Below, one piece after another: positions 20,330 to 29,379 of a stretch of 64,000 bases of DNA. Location of the stretch: the NCBI GenBank assembly GCA_050949565.1, contig JBMNFY010000017.1, forward strand, positions 832,001 through 896,000, written 5' to 3'. The stretch comes from Kiritimatiellia bacterium (GTDB taxonomy: Bacteria; Verrucomicrobiota; Kiritimatiellia; RFP12; UBA1067). Each line of letters opens with the position of its first letter. Position 1 is the first letter of the stretch. Under the pieces are notes generated by a model. The model did no database searches. It was not told the origin of the DNA and was given only the letters and a program-made list of their open reading frames with translations. Made by a program: the position numbers and the translations under genes.

Positions 20330-21000
20330 CGTCGGCGGCAAGGGGTATTCCGCGCGACGCTGCTTTTTGAGCATGAGTGCGGTGACAGGGTGGTGTACAA
20401 AAGCGGTGCCGCGAGGCACACTTTGTCCTTACACTTCGTCCAAAACACTTCGTCGCTGGCGCAATCGACTAAGTGTAAACGACTAAGCGTAACCGACTAA
20501 GTGTATGTCTCCGCGCAGCGGGAAATCATGTCGAAAAATGAACCTAAAAAGAGCAGTTGAGCATGCAGATTTTGAGCAAAACCCCGTAAACATTGGTTTC
20601 CGTTGAGATCCGCGCCGCACCTATTTGGTGCAGAACGCAATTTCTGATTGGAACCACGGAACACACTAAACACACGGAAAAAGAGCCATGCCTTTCCGTG
20701 TGTTCGGTGTGTTCCGTGGTTAAACAATCGATCCCGATAGCGATCCCGATCCCGATTTGGATGAAACCATGAAACCTTGAAACCAGAAACCAAAGAGAGT
20801 TGAAGGTTCAACTGCTCTTTTTAGGATGAAACCATGGAACACGGGCAAGATGCCCGTGCCACACCCTTTTGCAAGACACGTTATTGCGGGCGAGGACGCC
20901 CGCACTCTTTTAATCTGCGTAATCGTAAATCTGTGGATAAAAACCCGAGCCATGCCCCCCCAAAAAACCTTCGTGTCCTTGACTTCGTGGTAAGAATTTT
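20330..21000. repeat. Mosaic REP/microrepeat cluster between convergent genes
   Basis: CGACTAAG repeats (reverse of 2490-2520), ACACGG-type nonamers, CGATCC hexamers, GAAACC heptamers, reverse copy of GTGGCACGGGCATCTTGCCCGTG. Confidence 0.85.
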
Positions 21001-21021
21001 GGGGTGCGGGCTGCGCCCGCG

Positions 21022-21663
21022 TCAGAAACTAAACTCTCTCTGGTCGGCATCCTGCACCGGACGGAAGGTATGGCGATGCTCGGGACAGGAGCCATGCCGG
21101 AAGAGTGCGGCCATGTGTGCATGGACGCCGTATCCCTTGTGTTCGGCGAAACCGTACTCCGGGTAGCGCTCGGCGGCCTTCACCATGTAGCGGTCGCGGC
21201 TGACCTTCGCGACCACGCTGGCGGCCGCGATCAAAAGGCTCTTGGCGTCGCCCCGCACAATCGCGGCGGAGGCGCAGGGCAACCGTTTGACCGGCAACCC
21301 GTCCACGAGTGCGAGACCGGGCATCTCGGGCAGTGCCTCCAGTGCACGCCGCATAGCCAAAGACGTCGCGGCCAGAATATTTAGGCGGTCGACCTCCGCT
21401 GCGCTACACCAGCCAGTGGCGCAGGCCACGCCCGGCGTAGCGGTCAAAATATCGTAGAAGGCTTCGCGGCGCGACGCGCAGAGTTGCTTCGAGTCGGTCA
21501 GCCCCGCCAGACTGTCGCCATAGAGGCTCTCAGCGAGGTCGGCCGGCATCGTGACCGCCCCTGCGACCACCGGGCCGGCCAAGCATCCCCGTCCGGCTTC
21601 ATCCACACCGGCGAGCACCACTCCGGGCCGTTCCGCCCAAGCCTTTTTTTCATATTCTAGCAT
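21022..21663 (-). CDS. rnhB: Ribonuclease HII
   Basis: 'AGVDEAGRGCLAGPVVAGAV', 'DSKQL', 'IAAASVVAKVSRD', 'HKGYG'. Confidence 0.97.
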   Translation of the reverse strand: MLEYEKKAWAERPGVVLAGVDEAGRGCLAGPVVAGAVTMPADLAESLYGDSLAGLTDSKQLCASRREAFYDILTATPGVACATGWCSAAEVDRLNILAATSLAMRRALEALPEMPGLALVDGLPVKRLPCASAAIVRGDAKSLLIAAASVVAKVSRDRYMVKAAERYPEYGFAEHKGYGVHAHMAALFRHGSCPEHRHTFRPVQDADQREFSF

Positions 21664-21682
21664 CCAAGCCTATCCCCGAAAC

Positions 21683-21714
21683 AAAAAACCGGACACCTTG
21701 CGGCATCCGGTCTT
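21683..21714 (-). terminator. Rho-independent terminator after rplQ
   Basis: Minus strand ACCGGATGCC-GCAA-GGTGTCCGGT followed by a T run. Confidence 0.8.
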
Positions 21715-21755
21715 TCATTTCATACGCGCACGGCGCGCGTACAGTCCCGCAAGGG

Positions 21756-22175
21756 TTACGCCTTCTTTTCGCTTTCGGCCTCGGGCGCTGCCTTTTCGGC
21801 CGACGCCTCGGGCTTCTTAGGCGTCACGACCCACTGCAACAGGCACATTTCAGCGCCGTCGCCGGTGCGATGCCCGAGCTTATAGATACGCGTGTAACCG
21901 CCGGGCCGTCCTTCCATGGCCGGGACCACGCTGTCGAAGAGTATCCGCACGGCTGCGGGGCTCTGCAAGCGGGAGGCCGCCAAACGGCGGGCCGCCAGCG
22001 TACCCTTACGGGCCAGAGTCACCATCTTCTCGGCATCGCGGCGCGCCTGCTTGGCTTTGGGCAGCGTCGTCTTGATACTGCTGTTGATAATCAGGTTCGT
22101 CACCAGACTGCTCATCAGCGCCTTACGGTGCGATGTCGAGCGCCCGAACTTTTTAGCTATTCTCTTATGACGCAT
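21756..22175 (-). CDS. rplQ: 50S ribosomal protein L17
   Basis: 'MRHKRIAKKFGRSTSHRKAL', 'GRPGGYTRI'. Confidence 0.98.
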   Translation of the reverse strand: MRHKRIAKKFGRSTSHRKALMSSLVTNLIINSSIKTTLPKAKQARRDAEKMVTLARKGTLAARRLAASRLQSPAAVRILFDSVVPAMEGRPGGYTRIYKLGHRTGDGAEMCLLQWVVTPKKPEASAEKAAPEAESEKKA

Positions 22176-22186
22176 GTTTCAAAACC

Positions 22187-23215
22187 TCAAACTGTTTGCT
22201 CTTGCGTTTGCGTTTGCGTTTCTTTGTTGTCTTCGAGCAACTCAGGATCAACTTTGTACCCGAGAGTGAGCCCCAACTCGGTCAGCTTGTCCTTGATCTC
22301 ATTGAGCGACTTCTTACCGAAGTTACGATACTTCAGCATGTCTGCTTCCGTTTTCATTGCCAATTCGCCGACGGTGGTAATGTTGGCGTTGTTCAGGCAG
22401 TTGGCGGCGCGGACGCTCAGTTCGATCTCATTGACGCTCATATTCAGAACACGGCGCAGGCGTTCGCGTTCTTCATCGACCTTCTTCTCGGTATCCTCGA
22501 ATTCCAAGATCTCGTCGCTGTAGTCCACGAACACGTCCAAATGGTGGCGCAGCACGGCGGCGGCGGTCTTCAGCGCATCTTCCGGCGAGACGCGGCCGTC
22601 GGTCCAGACATCGAGAATCAGCTTCTCGTAGTCCGTGCGCTGGCCCACGCGGGTATGCTCCACCGTGAAGTTCACGCGCGACACCGGCGAGAAGACGCTG
22701 TCGATCGGAATACGCCCGATCTCCTGCTCCTCACCTTTGTTCCCCTCCGCCGGGCAGAAGCCACGGCCGATGCGGGTCTCCGCCTCCAGCGTCAGCACGC
22801 CGTCCGCGTCAAGCGTGGCGATGTGCTGGGTCGGGTTGAGCACGTCAACCGCATTATCTTCCGCGAAATCCGCAGCGGTGACCACGCAGGGGCCCTTACG
22901 GTTCAGCTTGAGCCAGACCGGGTTACGGCTATAGCTCTTGAGCAATACGCGCTTCAGGTTCAGGATAATGTCGGTGACATCTTCGCTCACGCCAGGCAGC
23001 GAGGTAAACTCGTGGCTGACACCCTCAATCCTGACGGAAGTGATCGCGACACCTTCAATCGAAGAGAGCAGAACGCGACGCAACGAATTTCCGATGGTGC
23101 GGGCGTAGCCCACCTCGAACGGCTCCGCAGTGAAGCGCGTATAGGTGGCGGTCGCCGTGTTTTCTTCCTTCTGCACACGGCGGGGCATTTCAAAACGACT
23201 CAAACGAATCGGCAT
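22187..23215 (-). CDS. rpoA: RNA polymerase alpha subunit
   Basis: 'TIGNSLRRVLLSSIEG', 'ELSVRAANCL', 'NFGKKSLNEI'. Confidence 0.99.
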   Translation of the reverse strand: MPIRLSRFEMPRRVQKEENTATATYTRFTAEPFEVGYARTIGNSLRRVLLSSIEGVAITSVRIEGVSHEFTSLPGVSEDVTDIILNLKRVLLKSYSRNPVWLKLNRKGPCVVTAADFAEDNAVDVLNPTQHIATLDADGVLTLEAETRIGRGFCPAEGNKGEEQEIGRIPIDSVFSPVSRVNFTVEHTRVGQRTDYEKLILDVWTDGRVSPEDALKTAAAVLRHHLDVFVDYSDEILEFEDTEKKVDEERERLRRVLNMSVNEIELSVRAANCLNNANITTVGELAMKTEADMLKYRNFGKKSLNEIKDKLTELGLTLGYKVDPELLEDNKETQTQTQEQTV

Positions 23216-23271
23216 GTTTCCGTCCTTTCGGGCCGCGCACCCCGGAGGGCCGCGGCCATCAGCACACGCGC

Positions 23272-23901
23272 TTAGCGCGAATACAATTCGACAATAGCCT
23301 GCTCATCCACGATCGGCGCGATCTGTTCGCGCGTCGGGATACTCAGAACTTCGGCGCGGAAGGCCTTCCGGTCCAGCGAGAGCCACGTGGGCATCTGCTG
23401 CGTGGTGGCGGCCTCGAGACTACGCGCGGCAAGGTCTCGGCTACGCGGGCGGTCACGGACCTCGATCACGTCACCGACCTTGAGAATCATGGAGGGCACG
23501 GAGGCCTTCTTACCGTTCACCGACACGTGGCTGTGCAGTACGAACTGACGTGCCGCGCGGCGCGACGGCGCAAAACCGAGACGGTAGACAAGGTTGTCCA
23601 AGCGGGTCTCGAGCAACTGCAGCAGCAACTCGCCAGTAACGCCCTTGCGGCGCATCGCCTCTTTATAGAAGCGCTTGAACTGGCCCTCCTGCATGCCGAA
23701 CTGGCGGCGCAGGCGTTGCTTCTGACGGAGCTGCTCGCCGTAATCAGACATCTTGCGGCTGCGGCGAGCGCCATGCTGGCCCGGCGCCGGATGCCCCTGC
23801 TCAATGGCACACTTGGCCATATAGCAACGCGCACCCTTCAGAAAAAGCTTCTGCCCCTCACGCCGACAAATGCGGCAAACGGGACCTGTATACCTGCCCA
23901 T
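23272..23901 (-). CDS. rpsD: 30S ribosomal protein S4 (zinc-binding type)
   Basis: 'MGRYTGPVCRICRREG', 'LETRLDNLVYRLG', 'IVELYSR'. Confidence 0.98.
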   Translation of the reverse strand: MGRYTGPVCRICRREGQKLFLKGARCYMAKCAIEQGHPAPGQHGARRSRKMSDYGEQLRQKQRLRRQFGMQEGQFKRFYKEAMRRKGVTGELLLQLLETRLDNLVYRLGFAPSRRAARQFVLHSHVSVNGKKASVPSMILKVGDVIEVRDRPRSRDLAARSLEAATTQQMPTWLSLDRKAFRAEVLSIPTREQIAPIVDEQAIVELYSR

Positions 23902-23902
23902 G

Positions 23903-24556
23903 TTAGACTCTCCTCCGTTGGCGCGGACGGCAGCCATTGTGCGGGATCGGCGTGCAGTCCTTAATCAGCGTGACTTGAATGCCGACGGCTTGGATCGCCC
24001 GCACCGCCGACTCGCGTCCCGCGCCCGCACCCTGAATCCTGACTTCCACCTCGCTCATCCCCTTGGCCATCGCTTGGCGGGCCGCATCCTGCGCCACCAT
24101 GGTGGCAGCGAACGCGGTGCTCTTGCGCGACCCCTTGAAGCCGGCCTTGCCCGCCGAACTCCAGGCGATCACGCCGCCGCGGGCATCCGTGATTGAAACC
24201 AGTGTGTTGTTAAAAGTCGACCGGACAAAGGCGATCCCGGCGGGGATCGACTTCCCTCTGCCCTTCTTCTTGGTGGCGTCGGCGGCCTTGACGGGATCGT
24301 CGCCCTCGGCCATCACGGCCTGCGCCTCGCTTATAGCCACCTGCTCGGGGGTTGCCTCCTTTTCAGCAGCTTCCGCCTTCTCAGCTTTCTCAGCCTTCTC
24401 AGGAGCAGCCTTCTTCTCAGGAGCCGCCGCCTTTTCGGCCTTTTCAGCCTTCTCGGGGGCAGCCTTCTTTTCAGGAGCCGCCTTCTTCTCAGCAGTCGCC
24501 GCCTTCTCGGGGCTCACCGCCTGCTCTTCTTCTTGCTTCACATCTTTTTCGCTCAT
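23903..24556 (-). CDS. rpsK: 30S ribosomal protein S11 with long repetitive N-terminal extension
   Basis: 'STFNNT', '[12 protein letters not shown]', 'PIPHNGCRP'. Confidence 0.97.
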   Translation of the reverse strand: MSEKDVKQEEEQAVSPEKAATAEKKAAPEKKAAPEKAEKAEKAAAPEKKAAPEKAEKAEKAEAAEKEATPEQVAISEAQAVMAEGDDPVKAADATKKKGRGKSIPAGIAFVRSTFNNTLVSITDARGGVIAWSSAGKAGFKGSRKSTAFAATMVAQDAARQAMAKGMSEVEVRIQGAGAGRESAVRAIQAVGIQVTLIKDCTPIPHNGCRPRQRRRV

Positions 24557-24642
24557 GCGTATTCAGCCTCAAAACATATGGCGGACACAGCGCGGGTTCC
24601 TATCCTCAAGAGGAACAAACCCGCGCCCTGCCGTCGCCGGGT

Positions 24643-25047
24643 TTATTTTGCCTTGGCCTTCATCGCCGCGCGCGCCGACTTGTCACGCACCGCGCCCACC
24701 GTCCGTTTGCCGCCCTTGCGGGTCCGCGCATTCGTACGGGTCCTCTGCCCGCGGACTGGCAGGCCGCGCCTATGACGCAGACCGCGGTAGGTGCCGATAC
24801 TGATCAGCCGGCGAATGTTCTGCGACACTTCGCGCCGCAGGTCGCCCTCGACCCGGTAGTTCTCTTGAATGAAGGCCACGATCTGCCGGATCTCGTCCGG
24901 GGTCAGATCATCTGCCTTCTTGGCCGGGTCGATCTTACAATTCTCGACCACGTCACTGGCCCGCTTGGGACCGATTCCGTGAATGTACCGGAGCGCGTAC
25001 TCGACGCGCTTTCTGCCCGGAATATCCACACCCATCAATCTCGGCAT
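24643..25047 (-). CDS. rpsM: 30S ribosomal protein S13
   Basis: '[10 protein letters not shown]', '[26 protein letters not shown]'. Confidence 0.98.
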   Translation of the reverse strand: MPRLMGVDIPGRKRVEYALRYIHGIGPKRASDVVENCKIDPAKKADDLTPDEIRQIVAFIQENYRVEGDLRREVSQNIRRLISIGTYRGLRHRRGLPVRGQRTRTNARTRKGGKRTVGAVRDKSARAAMKAKAK

Positions 25048-25061
25048 GGTTGTCTTCTCCG

Positions 25062-25175
25062 TTAACCCTGACGCTGCTTATGGCGAGGATTCGTACAAAT
25101 AATGCGCACGATGCCCTTGCGACGCACCACACGGCAACGCTCACAAATGCGTCGCACTGAACTGCGAACTTTCAT
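25062..25175 (-). CDS. rpmJ: 50S ribosomal protein L36 (not in ORF track)
   Basis: Manual translation [37 protein letters not shown]. Confidence 0.97.
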   Translation of the reverse strand: MKVRSSVRRICERCRVVRRKGIVRIICTNPRHKQRQG

Positions 25176-25256
25176 GGTTTTTCTTCCTCGTTCAAAAAAG
25201 GTGTTGGATTTAACCAAAAGTCCGTTGACTTGTCTACCCTAAAATGTGAAAACTCT

Positions 25257-26006
25257 TTATGCCAGCGTCAGAATTTCCACACCTTCCTCAAGCACGGCCA
25301 CGGTGTGCTCAAAGTGCGCGGACGGTTTCCCGTCTCGCGTAACAACTGTCCACCCGTCATCCTGCACCGCCACATCCGACCGCCCCAGATTGACCATCGG
25401 CTCAATCGCCAACGTCATCCCGGGCTTCAGGACGGGGCCGCGCCCCGGCGCCCCGTAGTTCGGGATCTGCGGATCTTCGTGGAGGTGACGCCCCACGCCG
25501 TGGCCGACAAAATCCCGCACCACCGAACAACCGCCCGCCTGCACGATGCCCTCAACCGTATGAGAGACATCGGAAAGCCGACACCCGGGCCGGACTGCGG
25601 CCACCGCCGCCTCCAGCGCCCGGCGCGTCGTTTCGACGAGCCGGATCACATCGGGGTCCGTCACCCCGACCGTCACGGTCGTGGCGCTGTCCCCGTGGAA
25701 TCCCTTGTAATACACCCCGACATCCAGACTCACCACATCCCCCGGCATGACAACCCGTTGCCCAGGGATGCCGTGAATCACTTCGTCGTTGATGGAAATG
25801 CATATCGCTCCCGGGTACCCCCGGTAGCCCAAAAAAGAAGGTTTGGCGTTCATGCCCGCGATCAGCCGCCGGGTCAGCGCATCCAACTCGCCTGTCGTCA
25901 CGCCGGGCTGGACCGCCGCCGCCACCTGCTCCAGCACAGACGCAGTCATCCGGCAACTCTCCCGCATCGCATCCAGCTCCGCAGCGTTTTTCAAGGGGAT
26001 CTTCAT
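25257..26006 (-). CDS. map: Methionine aminopeptidase type I
   Basis: 'SINDEVIHGIP', 'GHGVG..LHEDP', 'AIEPMVN', 'SAHFEHT'. Confidence 0.98.
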   Translation of the reverse strand: MKIPLKNAAELDAMRESCRMTASVLEQVAAAVQPGVTTGELDALTRRLIAGMNAKPSFLGYRGYPGAICISINDEVIHGIPGQRVVMPGDVVSLDVGVYYKGFHGDSATTVTVGVTDPDVIRLVETTRRALEAAVAAVRPGCRLSDVSHTVEGIVQAGGCSVVRDFVGHGVGRHLHEDPQIPNYGAPGRGPVLKPGMTLAIEPMVNLGRSDVAVQDDGWTVVTRDGKPSAHFEHTVAVLEEGVEILTLA

Positions 26007-26650
26007 TAAAGCGCGCGCCTAGCCCTCTCCACAATCTCGTCAATGGGTCCCGTTCCCGGCACGCGCCGCAACACGCCGCGCGCCTCGTAAAATTCAATCA
26101 ACGGCATCGTCTGCGTCCGATAAACGGCCAGCCTGTTCTTCGCGGTCTCGGGGTTGTCGTCCTTGCGCACCTTCAACGCGCCCCCGCAAGCATCGCAGAT
26201 GCCGTCCACCCGCGGCGGAAGGTTGGTCACATGATACCCGGCCCCGCACACCGAGCACATCCTGCGCCCGGCAATCCGGTCCACCAAAATCTCGTCGGGC
26301 ACCTCCAGCAGCACCACCGCCGCCAGCGACGCGCCGCAACTCTCAATCGTGCGGTCCAGCGCCTGCGCCTGCACCACCGTGCGCGGGAACCCGTCCAGCA
26401 ACAACGCGCGGGGGCCGTCAAGCTCCGCCATCAGGTCGGCAACGATCCGCGCGATGAGCGCGTCAGGCACCAGCTCGCCACGCTTCATGTATGCGTCCGC
26501 CTCGTCCCCGGCCGCCGTGTGATGCTCTACCGCGTCACGCAACAGCTCGCCGCTCGACACATGCCGCAGCGTCTTATCCGCAGCCACCAGCCGCCCGGCA
26601 ACCGTTCCTTTGCCCGACCCCGGCGCTCCCAACAGAATGACGACGTCCAT
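26006..26650 (-). CDS. adk: Adenylate kinase with zinc-binding lid
   Basis: 'LLGAPGSGKGT', 'LLDGFPRT', lid CxxC...CxxC. Confidence 0.97.
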   Translation of the reverse strand: MDVVILLGAPGSGKGTVAGRLVAADKTLRHVSSGELLRDAVEHHTAAGDEADAYMKRGELVPDALIARIVADLMAELDGPRALLLDGFPRTVVQAQALDRTIESCGASLAAVVLLEVPDEILVDRIAGRRMCSVCGAGYHVTNLPPRVDGICDACGGALKVRKDDNPETAKNRLAVYRTQTMPLIEFYEARGVLRRVPGTGPIDEIVERARRAL

Positions 26651-26765
26651 CTTTGTTACACTCGTCTCTGGCACATTAAAAATCAAGAGCCAGGAATCGA
26701 GAGTCTGCCATCGGCCATGTCGCCATGCCAAGCTCCCGACTCACGCTTCCTGACTCCTAATTGAC

Positions 26766-26788
26766 AAAACCGGCCGCAAGCCGGTTTC
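26766..26788 (-). terminator. Hairpin terminator after the tRNA pair
   Basis: AAACCGGC-loop-GCCGGTTT immediately 3' of tRNA-Lys. Confidence 0.65.
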
Positions 26789-26792
26789 TCCA

Positions 26793-26868
26793 TGGTAGGG
26801 GTGCACGGACTCGAACCGTGGACCCAGTGATTAAGAGTCACTTGCTCTACCAACTGAGCTACACCCCC
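26793..26868 (-). tRNA. tRNA-Lys (CTT)
   Basis: GGGGGTGTAGCTCAGTTGGTAGAGC...CT-CTT-AA...GGTTCGAGTCC...ACCA, 76 nt with encoded CCA. Confidence 0.97.
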
Positions 26869-26878
26869 ATAAAAAGCA

Positions 26879-26954
26879 TGGAGCGAGTGATGGGTCTCGA
26901 ACCCACAACCTCGACCTTGGCAAGGTCGCGCTCTACCAATTGAGCTACACCCGC
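26879..26954 (-). tRNA. tRNA-Gly (GCC)
   Basis: GCGGGTGTAGCTCAATTGGTAGAGC...TT-GCC-AA...GGTTCGAGACC...TCCA, 76 nt. Confidence 0.97.
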
Positions 26955-26972
26955 TTCAAAAGAGTGGATGTA

Positions 26973-27001
26973 AATTTATCATATTGATCGGGGACACGCA
27001 A
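26973..27001 (-). promoter_or_regulatory. Sigma70-type promoter of the tRNA operon
   Basis: TTGCGT-N17-TAAATT upstream of tRNA-Gly. Confidence 0.6.
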
Positions 27002-27021
27002 CAGGGATTTTTGAAAAAAAT

Positions 27022-29190
27022 TTAGCCGCGCGCAGCGCGGTAGTGCGCAGCGATCTCTTCGGCAGTCAGTGCGCGCGCGTAAACCGCCACTTCGCCGCAA
27101 CGCCCCTCGAACCCGGCGTCGTTGTTTTCCGCCGTGCCGCCGACCCATATCGTTTCGGCACGCGCAGGCAACGCCTTGACCGCTGTGAGTTCGGGTGTTG
27201 TGCGCCCGTCCAGATAGACACTCACCCGCTCGCCGTCGCGAACCAGCGCCACATGGTGCCAGCTCTCTGCGGCCACCCAGTTGCGCAGCGGCACGTCTGT
27301 CTGTCCAGCGACCGCCCCGGCAAGGTCTTTGCCGGTGTGGAAGATCAACCGCCCCGGCGACCGTGCGGTACCGCTGATCGCCAACCGGTCACCCGCCGCA
27401 CCGCACGCGAACAGGTATCCGGTCACCGGCCGTGCGTCGTTCGGCATGCAGTTGTAAAACCAAAGCTCCACCGTGTAGGCGCGCCCCAGATCCGGCAATG
27501 GCGCCGTGAACGGCACGCCGACAAAGTGCGGCACGCGGCTCTCTTTACCCAGTCCAGGGAAGGCCGGTGCCTGCGCACCCGGCATGGCGTAGGCCGTCGG
27601 ATGGCCGAACGTGCCGAGGCACGCCCCGTCCACCGCATTCACGGCACTGGGCCCGTTCCATTCGTCCATGCGCCAGAAGATCGCCGGGCGGGAGGCCAGC
27701 ACGGCGGCGGCATACGGCACCACCGGTGCCGGTCGCTGCGGGCGGCGCTTTCCGTCGTACAGCCCATCCAGCAGACGCTGAACCGTCGCGATGATGGCGG
27801 GCTCGGCACCGGCCTCCAGACAACTCGAACGCGCCAGCCATGTGGTGTATCCCCCCATCGCCATCTGCTCGGGCGGCGGCAGATAACCGTCATACCCGTT
27901 GGCCAGCATCACCGTGAAGGTATGCTCGAACGGACTCTGCGCCGCGATGCGCAGTCCGGTGATCGCAAACACTTCGCAAGGAACCCCCACCATCGCCAGC
28001 GACCCGATGCGCAACGCTTGCAATTTCAGCTTCCGGGTCGGCGGCATGTCGGCCAGAATCAACTGTTCGCGCGCGTACACGCTGCTCTGTGAATCCGCCT
28101 TCTCCCGCCCGGCCTCGACATCAGCCAACACGCGCTTCGCCCACTCCGTCTTGGGAGGGCGTACCTTCAATTCCAACTCGCACTCGCGCATGTCAAGCGG
28201 CAGCCACGTCTGCCACTCGATCCGCCGATACGCACGGACCGCCGCGTTCGCCACCGTTTCAGCGATGGACTGCTTGTCAAACGGCACCCGTTTCTCCAGC
28301 GTGTAGTCAACGAGATAAGCGTCACCGCTCACGCCGTTCGCGAGCACACCGACAAACGGCTGGCCTTCGCCGCCCGCTTCGAGCAACTCGCCCACCCGCT
28401 GCGCGAAGATGCCGAAGTAGTCCGCCGAAAGCGCTGCGGACCCGACATAGTGAATGGAGAAACTCCCGAACAGGGCCAGCGGCGAGCCATCCAATCTGCG
28501 CACGGCCAGCACATTGACATCCGGATTCATCGGCCCGGACGGCTCTTCCCAATCCGGATTGCGGTGGCCGGGATGCATGGTCGCGCGTGTGGTGAGTTCA
28601 CCGAACGGATCACGCTTGATGCGGTCGGGACGGGCGATCCAGCGACGCGACTGCACCACCTCCGGCAGCTTCTCTACCGCCCACCCTACCTGAGCCGGTT
28701 CGCGCCGCTCCATGGCTTTGCTGATGCCTTCCGCGATCTTCCCCGGCAGCCAGGCGCGGTAACGCAAATCAGGATCGGTGCCCAAGATGCCGACCGACGC
28801 CGGCGCGGAGTGCGTGTGGGTGGCGGAGATGAAAATCCGCTCCGTCGGGATGCCGGTCATGCCGCTGGCCAACCGTTTGGCTTCATCCATCAACTCGCGG
28901 TCCAGCACACAGCTATCGACAACCGCCATCGCGATCTGCCCGCGACCGTCATCCAGCACCAAGCAGCGGGCGTGCAGTGGATCCAGTGCTTTTTCCGCGT
29001 AGACCGGCTTAAAGTTTCCATTCACCACGATCGGGAAATGCTCGGGCGTGATGTCCTGCGCAAAGGCTCCCGCGCGGAAAACACCCGGCCGCTGCGGAAT
29101 GATCGACCCACCCCATGTGAAACGCGGTGCCATCATCATCCCTGCAAGAGCCGTCCCCGAGACAGCCAGCATATCTCTTCGATTTACCAT
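27022..29190 (-). CDS. Tat-exported neutral/alkaline ceramidase-like hydrolase with C-terminal LamG domain
   Basis: 'NRRDML'; 'DPLHARCLVL', 'ATHTHSAP', 'LSADYFG', 'LANGYDGYLP'; 'WHHVALVR..VYLDG'. Confidence 0.8.
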   Translation of the reverse strand: MVNRRDMLAVSGTALAGMMMAPRFTWGGSIIPQRPGVFRAGAFAQDITPEHFPIVVNGNFKPVYAEKALDPLHARCLVLDDGRGQIAMAVVDSCVLDRELMDEAKRLASGMTGIPTERIFISATHTHSAPASVGILGTDPDLRYRAWLPGKIAEGISKAMERREPAQVGWAVEKLPEVVQSRRWIARPDRIKRDPFGELTTRATMHPGHRNPDWEEPSGPMNPDVNVLAVRRLDGSPLALFGSFSIHYVGSAALSADYFGIFAQRVGELLEAGGEGQPFVGVLANGVSGDAYLVDYTLEKRVPFDKQSIAETVANAAVRAYRRIEWQTWLPLDMRECELELKVRPPKTEWAKRVLADVEAGREKADSQSSVYAREQLILADMPPTRKLKLQALRIGSLAMVGVPCEVFAITGLRIAAQSPFEHTFTVMLANGYDGYLPPPEQMAMGGYTTWLARSSCLEAGAEPAIIATVQRLLDGLYDGKRRPQRPAPVVPYAAAVLASRPAIFWRMDEWNGPSAVNAVDGACLGTFGHPTAYAMPGAQAPAFPGLGKESRVPHFVGVPFTAPLPDLGRAYTVELWFYNCMPNDARPVTGYLFACGAAGDRLAISGTARSPGRLIFHTGKDLAGAVAGQTDVPLRNWVAAESWHHVALVRDGERVSVYLDGRTTPELTAVKALPARAETIWVGGTAENNDAGFEGRCGEVAVYARALTAEEIAAHYRAARG

Positions 29191-29379
29191 CTCTCCCCTC
29201 CTCTTCCTGAACGTGGCGGCCGACCACAACGGCACCGCCCCGGAATGTTCCGTTTGTTGACGGCGTTAACGTATCAAACCCCTCACCCTTTTCCAAGAAC
29301 GCAAAAGAGGTGGGCGGCGTGACCGCCGCCGGTCAAGCAGACGCTTGCCCCTCCCGATGCTCTGTGGTGAAGCGGCCAC

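Noticed and set aside
26793-26954. tRNA-anchored genomic island or prophage
   Set aside because: No integrase, no duplicated tRNA 3' end and no phage genes seen
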